A DNA stretch of 61,470 nt, filler included. It is 3 parts of 3 records of this genome, joined end to end, with 100 filler letters (N's around TTAATTAATTAA, not from the genome) between each part and the next. Parts side by side here need not be neighbours in the genome. Positions count along the whole stretch, not along the records: positions 1 to 29,167 come from SRR20825019_1259; 2 more parts are not named here. One strand, 5' to 3'. This document shows positions 1 through 9,204 of the stretch, in pieces. A program made the translations under genes and the position numbers. The notes below the pieces were generated by a model. The model worked only from the letters and a program-made list of their open reading frames with translations, had not been told where the DNA came from and made no database searches. Positions within the stretch are counted from its first letter, which is position 1. The number at the start of each line of letters is the position of its first letter.

Positions 1-589
1 TGATGTGCTGGTGGGCATCAACCTGCTGCGCGAGGGGCTTGATATCCCCGAATGTGGGCTGGTGGCGATACTGGACGCCGACAAGGAAGGTTTTCTGCGT
101 TCTGAACGCTCGCTTATCCAGACCATCGGCCGTGCGGCGCGTAACTCGGAAGGTCGGGTGATCCTCTATGCGGATAAAATCACCGGCTCGATGGAAAAAG
201 CCATCGATGAAACCAACCGCCGCCGCGCCAAGCAGGTGGCTTACAATGAGAAACACGGCATCACCCCAACCACGGTGAAGAAAAACGTGGGCGACCTGAT
301 GGGCCATGTGGCGGTGGGCGATTATGTTACCGTTGATATCGGGGATGATGCGCAGCACCTTGTGGGCTCCAACCTCAAGAAACACCTTGAAGTGCTGCAG
401 GGCAAAATGCGCGACGCAGCCGAAAACCTTGAGTTCGAAGAGGCCGCGCGGCTCAGGGATGAAATCCGCAAGCTGGAGGCAGGTGAGCTGGGCATTGAGG
501 ACAAGCGCCTCAAGCCCAAAGGCCGCGCCACCGGTGGCCGCCCCGGCACCCGCACCAAAAAAGCCAAATCCCATAACAAGATGTATTGA
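1..589 (+). CDS. uvrB: Excinuclease ABC subunit B, 3' part (5' end outside window)
   Basis: Helicase motifs [34 protein letters not shown]-terminal UVR coiled coil ([17 protein letters not shown]). Confidence 0.97.
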   Translation, partial: DVLVGINLLREGLDIPECGLVAILDADKEGFLRSERSLIQTIGRAARNSEGRVILYADKITGSMEKAIDETNRRRAKQVAYNEKHGITPTTVKKNVGDLMGHVAVGDYVTVDIGDDAQHLVGSNLKKHLEVLQGKMRDAAENLEFEEAARLRDEIRKLEAGELGIEDKRLKPKGRATGGRPGTRTKKAKSHNKMY

Positions 590-598
590 GGGGGCAGT

Positions 599-979
599 AT
601 GACCCGCGAGGAATTTGACGAATACTGCAAGGCGCTGAAGGCCACCACCCATGTTGTCCAGTGGGGTGGGGCGTCGGTGTGGAAAGTGGGCGGCAAGATA
701 TTTGCCATCTGCTCCAACTGGGGGTCGGACGACAAGCGTTCCGATGCTGATGATGCAGCGTCGCGCATATCCTTCAAATGTTCTGACCTCAGTTACCAGA
801 TTCTGTGTGAGCTTGAGGGCATTGTGCCTGCGCCTTATCTCGCGCGCGCCAAATGGGTGCAGCTCCAGAGCGCCGATGCGCTCTCAAACGATGACCTCAA
901 AAGTTATATCGCGGATGCGCATGGCATTATCGCTGCGAAGCTTACCAAGAAGATGCAGGCAGAGCTGGGGCTGCTCTAG
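599..979 (+). CDS. MmcQ/YjbR family DNA-binding protein
   Basis: Pattern WG..VWKVGGKIFA...SFKC...PAPYLARAKWV; GAGGGGG RBS; 9 nt after the uvrB stop. Confidence 0.85.
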   Translation: MTREEFDEYCKALKATTHVVQWGGASVWKVGGKIFAICSNWGSDDKRSDADDAASRISFKCSDLSYQILCELEGIVPAPYLARAKWVQLQSADALSNDDLKSYIADAHGIIAAKLTKKMQAELGLL

Positions 980-1079
980 CGCTGCGTGGTTTCTTTGGCA
1001 GAAAATCATAACAGGCTGTCAGCCCACACCGTGCACGCTCATGGTATGGGCCAAGCCTGTTTATGCTGAGGAGGCACTT

Positions 1080-1394
1080 GTGCAGTTTATTGAAGCAAAA
1101 AATTTCACCGCACCTCGCGCATGGGGTGCCTTGGACATCGCCGATATTGAAGGCGCGTCAGTGCGCCTGCACTGGACGGATGCGCCCTATAAGTGGCACG
1201 TAAACGACGGTGATGAGGTGTTTGTGGTGCTGGACGGCGCGGTGGATATGCACACCCGCGACGCAGCTGGCACAGCGCATATCACGCGCATGGAGGTGGG
1301 GCATATCTATCATGCGAGAGCGGGTGACGCGCATGTTGCGCACCCCGTTGGGCCCGCCCGCGTGCTGGTGGTTGAGAAAAAAGGCAGCGTCTAA
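1080..1394 (+). CDS. Cupin domain protein
   Basis: GTG start at 1080 after GAGGAGG; cupin motifs WHVNDGDEVFVVLDG and G.AHVAHP. Confidence 0.85.
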   Translation: MQFIEAKNFTAPRAWGALDIADIEGASVRLHWTDAPYKWHVNDGDEVFVVLDGAVDMHTRDAAGTAHITRMEVGHIYHARAGDAHVAHPVGPARVLVVEKKGSV

Positions 1395-1419
1395 GCGCTG
1401 CCTCTTGGCTGCACGGCAG

Positions 1420-2265
1420 TTATTGGGCCATGGTTTCAAACTCTTGTTCAACACCGGCCACGACCGGGTTCTCGACACCCGTTGCTTGCATGAATTTGAT
1501 CATATAGCCGGTGATATAGTGTGCCGGGATTGAGATAACGAGATCGCTTTTCTTGCCGCGTGAAAGCTTGAAGTCGAAGCTACTGAAGTTACCGAGCCCA
1601 GCGATAAGGTCTTGAGGGTCGAGACTGATAATGGCCTCTTCATAAAAACTGCCGATGCCATAGGACACATCGCCGGATTTATTAACAGGGATAAGCTCAC
1701 GTGCCACCCCGCCGCGCAACTTGGCTGTGGAATAATTGGCCCACAGACGTTGCCGGTTGGCATAACCCACCGGCGTGAGCTTTTTGGAGGCTAACAGGTC
1801 CATATCCACAACGGTTTTTTGTTTAATAATGAGATACAGCTCTGATTTGAGGCGCCCTTCTTCCAGGTTCATGTAGGACCGAATGAAATATTGCACCTCG
1901 CCACCATTGCCGAGCTGATAGACGGTTTGCATATCTGAATATGAATATTTGGGCCCCTTGATCTGGGTATCGGCTTCAAATTCGTCACGAATAATTCTGG
2001 AGGCATCGCGAACTTTAAGGACGTTACGCGCAACTTTTTGAGCCTCTTTTTTCGCTTTTTTCTCCGCCTTTAGGCGTTTCTTTTCTGCTTTCTCCGCAGC
2101 CTTGAGGGCCTTCTTGTAGGCTTTCTTTTCCGCTTTTGAGAGTGCGTCCTTGTCTATCTGGCGCAGTTCCTCAATCGGTAGGTTATCATACGGCCCAAGC
2201 GTGCTCGCAATGCCGGGTGTGGGCGTAAGCGCAAGCAGCATGGCTGCAACCACAAATGATTTCAT
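1420..2265 (-). CDS. Hypothetical exported protein with Lys/Ala/Glu-rich helix
   Basis: Signal-peptide-like MKSFVVAAMLLALTPTPGIA; GGGGGA RBS before ATG 2265; no family recognised. Confidence 0.7.
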   Translation of the reverse strand: MKSFVVAAMLLALTPTPGIASTLGPYDNLPIEELRQIDKDALSKAEKKAYKKALKAAEKAEKKRLKAEKKAKKEAQKVARNVLKVRDASRIIRDEFEADTQIKGPKYSYSDMQTVYQLGNGGEVQYFIRSYMNLEEGRLKSELYLIIKQKTVVDMDLLASKKLTPVGYANRQRLWANYSTAKLRGGVARELIPVNKSGDVSYGIGSFYEEAIISLDPQDLIAGLGNFSSFDFKLSRGKKSDLVISIPAHYITGYMIKFMQATGVENPVVAGVEQEFETMAQ

Positions 2266-2357
2266 GATGTTGTCCCCCGAGTGTCTATCTTCGTATGAAG
2301 AATACACCATGAAGCGAACATAACAAGAACAAATGTCATGATGCTGATGAGATTAAC

Positions 2358-2855
2358 TCAATCCAGCCCGTTTACCGCACTTCGGCGCTCAAGGATCATA
2401 TTGTTGCGCCACACACCGTGCAGCTTGCCCACACGCTCACGCACACCGATAATGCGGAAACCACAGCTTTTGTGGATAGCCTGTGAGCCGGGATTATCCT
2501 CGAATATGCCCGCCTGCAGGGTCCAGAATCCAAGCTCTTCCGAACGCTTGATGAGCGCGTTCAGCAGCTTTTTGCCAAGCCCCATGCCGCGCGCATTCTC
2601 GCCTACATAGACGCTCACCTCCGCCACACCTTTGTAGGCACAGCGGTCAGACACGGGCCACAAGACAGCCCAGCCAAGCACTTTCCCGTCCTCCGCTACT
2701 GCCACAAGCTGGCTTTTGGGGATGCTGGTCTGCTCCCAGTAGGCTTGCTCTTTGGGCTCAGTCTCAAACGTGGCGAGGCCTGTTTTAATGCCTTCCTTGT
2801 AGATGCGGTCAACAGCCGCCCAGTCAGTGTGCTGGTAGTCTCTGATTTTGGTCAT
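2358..2855 (-). CDS. GNAT acetyltransferase, phosphinothricin/methionine sulfoximine N-acetyltransferase-like
   Basis: ATFET, SDRCAYKGVAEVSVYV, ARGMGLG (acetyl-CoA loop), N..S.A.H..CGF; probable start MTKIRD. Confidence 0.85.
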   Translation of the reverse strand: MTKIRDYQHTDWAAVDRIYKEGIKTGLATFETEPKEQAYWEQTSIPKSQLVAVAEDGKVLGWAVLWPVSDRCAYKGVAEVSVYVGENARGMGLGKKLLNALIKRSEELGFWTLQAGIFEDNPGSQAIHKSCGFRIIGVRERVGKLHGVWRNNMILERRSAVNGLD

Positions 2856-2938
2856 GGATATAGCCCCGAAAAGCGCACTCGGTAGGGCAAAGATGCCAGC
2901 AATCATGCGTGCGCCGCAAGCCGAATTCGGTCGGCCGT

Positions 2939-3244
2939 TCAGGAAATTTTGGTATCCCGGTCTCGCCTGCGGCTGTCAGTGCGGGTGAGGATACGCTGGA
3001 TAAAGCCGGGCAGGTGCGGTGTGGCCTGCCGGATACGCGCATTTGTTTTGGGGAAGCGCCCCCGCGTGCGGCGGATAAACTTCAGCATGCGCGGGTTGAA
3101 CGCCGCGACAGCAAGCCCGAGTGCAATGAGGATAACACCTGTGGGGATAGGAAGCGGCAGCGTGAGCGCGCCAAGCACCAGAAGGATGATGCTAAGCGGG
3201 ATAGCGATCCAGCGCAGGATGAATTTCAATCTTTTATTGGTCAT
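2939..3244 (-). CDS. Small membrane protein, PGPGW-like family
   Basis: Two hydrophobic helices around LPIPTG, followed by an Arg-rich amphipathic tail. Confidence 0.6.
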   Translation of the reverse strand: MTNKRLKFILRWIAIPLSIILLVLGALTLPLPIPTGVILIALGLAVAAFNPRMLKFIRRTRGRFPKTNARIRQATPHLPGFIQRILTRTDSRRRDRDTKIS

Positions 3245-3410
3245 ACGCCACTCGCACAAAACAGGCTGGCCGGGTAGACAGTCCTGCGCCAAAGCCCTGA
3301 GGCTATACACTCATGATTGTCACATATTTATGAAACGTGGCTTTACAATAGCCAAATGTCCCTCAGTATGGCTAAACTCACACAGTTTTATCACCTTGGG
3401 GAGGAAAGAT

Positions 3411-3839
3411 ATGAACATGAATATGTCGATGATGGGCCCGATTTTGGTGCAGGTTGCGCTAACGCTCGTTGTGCTGCTTTACATGGCGTCCCGCCGGCTG
3501 CCTGCGCTTGCCAAAACCCGTGCAACGCCAGAGCAACTTAAAGACCGCGCCACATACGATAACCTGCCACCAGCCGCCTGTTATCCTTCTGAAAACTTCA
3601 AGAACCTGTTTGAAGCGCCTGTTCTCTTTTTTGTGATGAGCTTCATCACGCTTGTGACGGGTCTTGGCGGCGATATGATGGTGACCATGGCGTGGATTTT
3701 TGTTGGTACAAGGGTTGTACATAGCTTCATTCACTGCACATATAATAACGTCACGCACCGCTTCCTTGCGTTCATCCTTGGTGTGCTGGTGCTCATATCA
3801 ATGCTTGTTGTTCTCATGATGAGATTCTGGATGGTGTAA
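3411..3839 (+). CDS. MAPEG family membrane protein
   Basis: NFKNLFEAPVLFF, R..HSFIH; four TM segments; GGGGAGG RBS before ATG 3411. Confidence 0.85.
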   Translation: MNMNMSMMGPILVQVALTLVVLLYMASRRLPALAKTRATPEQLKDRATYDNLPPAACYPSENFKNLFEAPVLFFVMSFITLVTGLGGDMMVTMAWIFVGTRVVHSFIHCTYNNVTHRFLAFILGVLVLISMLVVLMMRFWMV

Positions 3840-4378
3840 TGGCTGATTTTACCGACCACATCACTGATAAACATGCGGCGTTCATTGAAGAACAGCCGAT
3901 GTTTTTTACTGCATCTGCATGCGCCACAGGGCGTGTGAACCTGAGCCCCAAGGGCATGGACAGCTTCCGTGTATTGGGCCCCAACCTGTGCGGTTATCTT
4001 GATGTGACGGGAAGCGGCAATGAGACGGCCGCGCATATCAAAAACGATGGCCGTCTCACTATCATGTTCAACAGCTTCACGCGGAATGCGCTTATTCTCC
4101 GGCTATACGGTAAAGGCCGGGTTTTAAGGCCACACCATGACGGTTATGACGAGCTTGCCGCCAAGTTCCCGGTACTTCCGGGCGCGCGGCAGATCATCCT
4201 TCTGGATGTGGAAAGCGTGCAAACCAGTTGCGGTTACGGTGTGCCTGAGATGGAATTGAAGGCAGAGCGCCAGACGCTCAAAAAATGGGCTGAGAAAAAG
4301 GGTGACAAGATCACCGACTATCAGCACACCAATAACACCACCTCAATCGACGGATTTGCGTCCGGCCTCATGGACTAA
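3839..4378 (+). CDS. Pyridoxamine 5'-phosphate oxidase family FMN-binding protein
   Basis: NLSPKG, DVTGSGNETAAH, ILRLYG, QTSCGYGVP; TAATG coupling to the MAPEG gene. Confidence 0.9.
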   Translation: MADFTDHITDKHAAFIEEQPMFFTASACATGRVNLSPKGMDSFRVLGPNLCGYLDVTGSGNETAAHIKNDGRLTIMFNSFTRNALILRLYGKGRVLRPHHDGYDELAAKFPVLPGARQIILLDVESVQTSCGYGVPEMELKAERQTLKKWAEKKGDKITDYQHTNNTTSIDGFASGLMD

Positions 4379-4389
4379 ACAGCGCGGCC

Positions 4390-4908
4390 ATGACCCAGGT
4401 ATTTGAGGATCATAACCGCCTTGTGGTGCTGCGCTCTGGCCTTAGCCAGCCTGATGGTGCGCTCTTGCGTTCTGTGCTTGAAAGCCGTGGAATTCACGCT
4501 TTCCTCTCCGGCGAGCATGTGGCGGGCCTGAACGCCGGGCTGCGGGCGAACCTGATGGTGCGCGCCGCAGACTTTGATGATGCCCAGAAAGCCATTTCAA
4601 ACCTCGCGATGATGCCGTCAAACGCTTTCCCCGTACGCCATGACGCAGACGGGGAAGAACTTGCATGCCTCAGGTGTGGGTCAAGCCGGGTCCACACGTT
4701 TGAAGGCAGGGTGCCAACAAGCTTGCCGTTTGTGCGGATCACGGCTGAGCGGGGACAGGGATGGTATCATTGCCTGCAGTGCGGCAGCTATTATAACGAC
4801 CGCAGGCCGCGGTTCTCCAGCCTCTCTATCGCCCTGATGTGGGGCGGCACGCTTGCGCTTGCCACCCTCATCGGTATCTGGGTGATCAACTGGATCAAAT
4901 GGTTATAG
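4390..4908 (+). CDS. DUF2007-like N-terminal domain, CxxC zinc ribbon and C-terminal TM helix
   Basis: A.LLRSVLESRGIHAF...LMV..ADF..A; CLRC and CLQC; hydrophobic C terminus. Confidence 0.65.
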   Translation: MTQVFEDHNRLVVLRSGLSQPDGALLRSVLESRGIHAFLSGEHVAGLNAGLRANLMVRAADFDDAQKAISNLAMMPSNAFPVRHDADGEELACLRCGSSRVHTFEGRVPTSLPFVRITAERGQGWYHCLQCGSYYNDRRPRFSSLSIALMWGGTLALATLIGIWVINWIKWL

Positions 4909-7101
4909 GTTCTTTGAGATCGGCAACGTGCGAATGCGCTTGCCGCTTGCCGCAAAAATCGCATTTGTCAGCGCCGGAATAAGCGGCGGCAATGCCACTT
5001 CACCTGTGCCGCGCGGGTCTTCATCCCCAAAATCCATGATACGAACATTGATCTCTGCCGGGGCCTCATTGATGCGCATTTTTCTGTAGGTGTCGAAGTT
5101 GTTGGTGACAGGTACACCAGCCTCAAAGTGCAGGTCACCATATTTAGCGGCGCACAGGCCGTCATTGATGCCACCTTCCACTTGCGCCCGTATGCCAAGC
5201 GGGTTTACCGCCAGGCCGCAATCAATCACGCTTGTGACCTTATGCACGCGGTAGTCGCTTTCGCCCACCATTTCTACATCAACCACATGCGCACATGTGC
5301 CTGAGAAGGTGTGGTAAATGGCAATGCCTTGCCCCCAGCCTTTTGGCATTTTGCGGCCATATTCTGCGTCCTTGGCCACTTGCTTCAGCATGTCGCGGAA
5401 GCGGGAATACTCAAGAAGCGGGTAGGGCCAGGTCTCAAGTTTTTGCGCTTCCTTGCGGCTATAAAGCTCCAGAAGGAAATCTAGCGGGTCCTTGCCTGCG
5501 GCGTGGGCCACTTCATTCAGGAAACCATGGATAACCCATGCTGCTGTGTTGTGCTGCGGTCCGCGCCAGGCGCCCCGGGTGACGTTGTTTTCAATGAAGC
5601 CCCACTCGCCGCGGTAGTCGTCGATCAAGCCAATTGGTGGCTCTTTCGCGGCGTTTCTGAGCCAGCCGTCAGCGCCGATTTTTACGTGCCAGCCGGTGAG
5701 CTTGCCATCATTATCAAGGGCGGCACGCATACGGTAAGCACCGGAAGGGTTGGGGTAGTCCTGCTCAATCTCGTCCTCGCGCGACCATGTCACTTTCACC
5801 GGAGCTTTCGCCTCGCGGGAAAGGATGCAGGCCTCGACCACAAAGTCGCCTGAGTATTTGCGGCCAAACCCTGTGCCAGCACGGTAGACGTTGGCTTTAA
5901 CGGCGCTTGGGGGCAGGCCGGTGATATCAATCACTGCGTTGGCGGATTCCGTGATCGACTGGTGGCTGAGCCATATCTCGGCCTTGTCTTCTTTCACGTC
6001 TGCTATACAGCTATGCGGTTCAATGCAAGTGTGTGCCCAGTGCGGGTGATAATAGGTGGCCTCAACGACCTTGTCGGCGTTTGCCATGGCCGCGTCCACA
6101 TCGCCACCTTCCATACGGTCGCTCTCGGCTGATGTTCCATTCTCGATAAAGTCGAGCATGCGCTCTTTCATCTGGTCGGAGCCATCGTTGACCGAGATGC
6201 TGCCGTCCCACTCGGCGTCAACGGCGTCTGCTGCTTTACGAGCCTGCCAATAGGTATCGGCCACAACACCGACACCTGCGGCCACACCGCGGCTTTTGCT
6301 CAGGTCCGAGGGCAGGCGTTTCATCTCCACCACATGGCGCACGCCGGGCATGGCAAGGATTTCATCCCGGTTATAGGACACAAGGCTGCCATTGAGGTGC
6401 GGGCAGCGCCGGATGGCTGCGTGCAACATACCGTCAACTTCTGCGTCGATACCAAAGATGGGTTCGCCGGTGACGATGGCGCGGGCATGCACGTTGCCTT
6501 GGTCTTTACCGATGCGCTTATAGTCCTTGCGGGCTTTTGGTTTAGCCTGACTTGGCACATTGGCGCGGTCGCCGCCGCGTGTTAACGCCACAAGGTCTTT
6601 GTACGCAATCTCGCGCTTGCCTTTTTTATCAATCACCATGCCGTTTGCTGTGGTGAGGCGACTTTCGGGCACCTCCCATTTTGCCGCCGCCGCATAGATG
6701 AAGAGGTCATGGGCATAGGCAGCTGCCTGCCTTAGCGGCCCCCACATGGTCATGATAGACAGGCTACCACCCGCGCCTTGCGGCATGGGGCCTTCCTCAA
6801 TACGGCCATCACTGCCTGCATGACCCTGCATGCTCATCATTTCGATGTTGGCAGAGGCGAGGTCGAGGTCAAGCTCGTCTGCAATGATCTGTGCGGCGGC
6901 GGTAATGGTGCCTTGCCCCATGTCCGGGATGGGCACGCAGATGAAAATTTCCCCGTCTTCAGTGAAACGAAGGCAGGAGGATACGTTACCGCTGTTGTCC
7001 ACATCTGCGGCCAACACCGTTGGGTTTACTGAAATGCTGATGACAAGTGCGGCTGCACCTGCGCTGGATTTCAGAAATCCGCGCCGGGAAAGTTCGTTCA
7101 T
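4903..7101 (-). CDS. Isoquinoline 1-oxidoreductase beta-like molybdopterin-binding subunit (xanthine oxidase family), Tat exported
   Basis: Tat motif SRRGFLK; DMGQG, GTGFGRK, WSREDE, GAWRGP, AQVEGG, GTGEVALP. Confidence 0.9.
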   Translation of the reverse strand: MNELSRRGFLKSSAGAAALVISISVNPTVLAADVDNSGNVSSCLRFTEDGEIFICVPIPDMGQGTITAAAQIIADELDLDLASANIEMMSMQGHAGSDGRIEEGPMPQGAGGSLSIMTMWGPLRQAAAYAHDLFIYAAAAKWEVPESRLTTANGMVIDKKGKREIAYKDLVALTRGGDRANVPSQAKPKARKDYKRIGKDQGNVHARAIVTGEPIFGIDAEVDGMLHAAIRRCPHLNGSLVSYNRDEILAMPGVRHVVEMKRLPSDLSKSRGVAAGVGVVADTYWQARKAADAVDAEWDGSISVNDGSDQMKERMLDFIENGTSAESDRMEGGDVDAAMANADKVVEATYYHPHWAHTCIEPHSCIADVKEDKAEIWLSHQSITESANAVIDITGLPPSAVKANVYRAGTGFGRKYSGDFVVEACILSREAKAPVKVTWSREDEIEQDYPNPSGAYRMRAALDNDGKLTGWHVKIGADGWLRNAAKEPPIGLIDDYRGEWGFIENNVTRGAWRGPQHNTAAWVIHGFLNEVAHAAGKDPLDFLLELYSRKEAQKLETWPYPLLEYSRFRDMLKQVAKDAEYGRKMPKGWGQGIAIYHTFSGTCAHVVDVEMVGESDYRVHKVTSVIDCGLAVNPLGIRAQVEGGINDGLCAAKYGDLHFEAGVPVTNNFDTYRKMRINEAPAEINVRIMDFGDEDPRGTGEVALPPLIPALTNAIFAASGKRIRTLPISKNL

Positions 7102-7112
7102 TTGCTGCCCCC

Positions 7113-7580
7113 TTATGCGGTTTGCATTTTTTGCGCGGCGAGTTTGATCGCCTTGCGGATGCGGTAATAGGTGCCACACCTGCACAAGTTGGTGATGCCC
7201 TCATCGATGTCATCATCTGTCGGGTTTGGCACGTCCTTGAGGAAAGCGGCGGTCGCCATGATCTGGCCCGCCTGGCAGTAGCCGCACTGGGGTACGTCTT
7301 CCTCTATCCAGGCTTGTTGTACCGGGTGCAGGTCGTCGCCGTTTGCAAGGCCCTCAATGGTGGTAACAGCAGCACCGTCTAGCGCCGCCATGGGGAGTGA
7401 GCAACTGCGCACCGCGTCCCCGTCTATATGCACGGTGCAAGCACCGCACTGGCCGATACCGCAGCCAAACTTGGTGCCCTTCAGGCCCGCTTCTTCACGA
7501 AGGTGCCACAGGAGCGGCATATCGCCGTCGCCATCAAAGCTGCGCGCTGTGCCGTTGATTGAAAAATTTACAGTAGCCAC
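7113..7580 (-). CDS. Isoquinoline 1-oxidoreductase alpha-like (2Fe-2S)-binding subunit
   Basis: [31 protein letters not shown] start. Confidence 0.92.
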   Translation of the reverse strand: MATVNFSINGTARSFDGDGDMPLLWHLREEAGLKGTKFGCGIGQCGACTVHIDGDAVRSCSLPMAALDGAAVTTIEGLANGDDLHPVQQAWIEEDVPQCGYCQAGQIMATAAFLKDVPNPTDDDIDEGITNLCRCGTYYRIRKAIKLAAQKMQTA

Positions 7581-7635
7581 AATTCATCTCCCCGCCGAGT
7601 TTGTTCCGGGAAGAGTTTACGTGATGTTGTAACAA

Positions 7636-7663
7636 TTGTCGCGGCGACTGGTCGCAGCGACAA
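7636..7663. promoter_or_regulatory. Imperfect 28-bp palindrome between gshA and iorA (operator or terminator)
   Basis: TTGTCGCGGCGAC-TG-GTCGCAGCGACAA. Confidence 0.4.
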
Positions 7664-7701
7664 AGCGTTTTACCGCAATTTTTTATAACGAATGGGTTAG
7701 A

Positions 7702-9081
7702 TCAGTAGCTAAGCGCGTCAAACACTCTGGTAGCATCGCCGCCCCACACGCCGTTCAGCTTATGAAGAATCTGGCACGCTGGTGTCATGCCGCTTTCGGC
7801 ACTTTCCCACAGTGAGTTGAGAAACCCCTGCTCGGTTTCACCCATGGAAGAGAGCATGGCGCGGTTCTTGAGGCCCTTGTCTGCGATCGTCAGCACCTCT
7901 TTTGCCAGTGCTGAGAAATCACGACCCTGAATTTCCGTCATCAGCCCCATTTTGGGTACGTCGTCGCGCATCTGTGCCACATCGTCTGCTGACCAGTTCT
8001 TGATAAGGTCAAGCGCGCCTTGCTGTGCTTCGGTGTCATACAGAAGCCCAACCCAGAAAGCGGGCAGCGCACAAAGGCGAGACCATGGACCACCGTCTGC
8101 CCCGCGCATCTCAAGGAAGGTCTTGAGCCGCACTTCGGGGAAGAGGGTCGTCATATGGTCTTTCCAGTCTTCCATGGTGGGCAGCTCGCCCGGCAGGGCG
8201 GGCAGCTTGCCTGCCATGAAGTCACGGAAGCTTTGGCCGGAGGCGTCGATATAATTATTGCCGCGACGGACAAAATACATCGGTACATCCAGCACATGGT
8301 CAGCCCAGCGCTCAAAGCTCATGCTCTCGTCAAACACAAAGGGCAGCGTGCCGCAGCGGTCCGGGTCTGTATCCGTCCATACATGGCTCCTCAGGCTCTT
8401 GAAGCCGTTGGGGCGGCCTTCCTTGAGCGGAGAGTTGGCGAACAGCGCTGTTGCAAGCGGCTGCAGCGCCAAGCCGATGCGGAATTTGTCGATCATGTCA
8501 GCTTCGGATGCGAAATCGAGGTTCACCTGCACCGTGCAGGTGCGCAGCATCATATCAAGCCCCATGGTGCCGCGTTTTGGCATATAGGAGCGCATGATGT
8601 CATAGCGCGCTTTTGGCATGACAGGCACATCTTCCCGCTTGAGCGTAGGATGGAAGCCGAGACCAAGGAAACCGATGTCGAGCGTCTCGCCAATCTCGCG
8701 CGCTTCGCGGAGATGGGTGGAGGTCTCGTCACAGGTGTGGTGAATGCTTTCAAGCGGCGCGCCGGAAAGCTCAAACTGCCCGCCGGGCTCCAGCGTGATG
8801 GATGCGCCGTTTTTGGTCGCGGCAATCAGGTGGCCATTTTCTTCAACCGGGTTCCAGCCAAGTTTTACAAAAGCCTGAATAACGTCGCGGATGCCGGGCT
8901 TGCCGTCACCACCTTCATAGGAAAGTGGGCCGTACCCTTCCCGGTGGAAGATAAATTTCTCATGCTCTGAGCCAATGCGCCATGTGGTGCGATCGGGCTT
9001 GCTGCCTGATTGAAGAAATTCGACAAGCTGCGCCTTGCTTTCAACAAGTCGCGCGTCTGATGTAGCGCTTGGGCTGGACAT
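7702..9081 (-). CDS. gshA: Glutamate--cysteine ligase (plant/alphaproteobacterial type)
   Basis: IGSEHEKF, SITLEPGGQFELSGAP, MPKARY, RTCTVQVNLD, FPEVRLKTFLEMRGADGGP. Confidence 0.95.
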   Translation of the reverse strand: MSSPSATSDARLVESKAQLVEFLQSGSKPDRTTWRIGSEHEKFIFHREGYGPLSYEGGDGKPGIRDVIQAFVKLGWNPVEENGHLIAATKNGASITLEPGGQFELSGAPLESIHHTCDETSTHLREAREIGETLDIGFLGLGFHPTLKREDVPVMPKARYDIMRSYMPKRGTMGLDMMLRTCTVQVNLDFASEADMIDKFRIGLALQPLATALFANSPLKEGRPNGFKSLRSHVWTDTDPDRCGTLPFVFDESMSFERWADHVLDVPMYFVRRGNNYIDASGQSFRDFMAGKLPALPGELPTMEDWKDHMTTLFPEVRLKTFLEMRGADGGPWSRLCALPAFWVGLLYDTEAQQGALDLIKNWSADDVAQMRDDVPKMGLMTEIQGRDFSALAKEVLTIADKGLKNRAMLSSMGETEQGFLNSLWESAESGMTPACQILHKLNGVWGGDATRVFDALSY

Positions 9082-9120
9082 ATATGTTGGGTCCCTGAAC
9101 CTTATACCTTGAAGCTAAAG

Positions 9121-9149
9121 AGGTAAGGCGTTCATAGGGACCATTCAAG
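9121..9149 (-). promoter_or_regulatory. Candidate RpoH (sigma32)-type promoter of gshA
   Basis: Minus strand CTTGAA-N16-CTTACCT, close to the alphaproteobacterial RpoH consensus CTTGAA-N16-CCTATAT. Confidence 0.4.
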
Positions 9150-9204
9150 ATATGTAAAGCCTGCTCACGCGATGGTGAGACGGTTATAGCGCCTGATCCT
9201 GGGT

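Noticed and set aside
651..1079. N-terminal extension of the cupin ORF (track start 651)
   Set aside because: It overlaps mmcQ in another frame; the strong RBS supports GTG 1080.
2949..3410. N-terminal extension of the MAPEG ORF
   Set aside because: It overlaps a minus-strand gene; RBS and family length support 3411.
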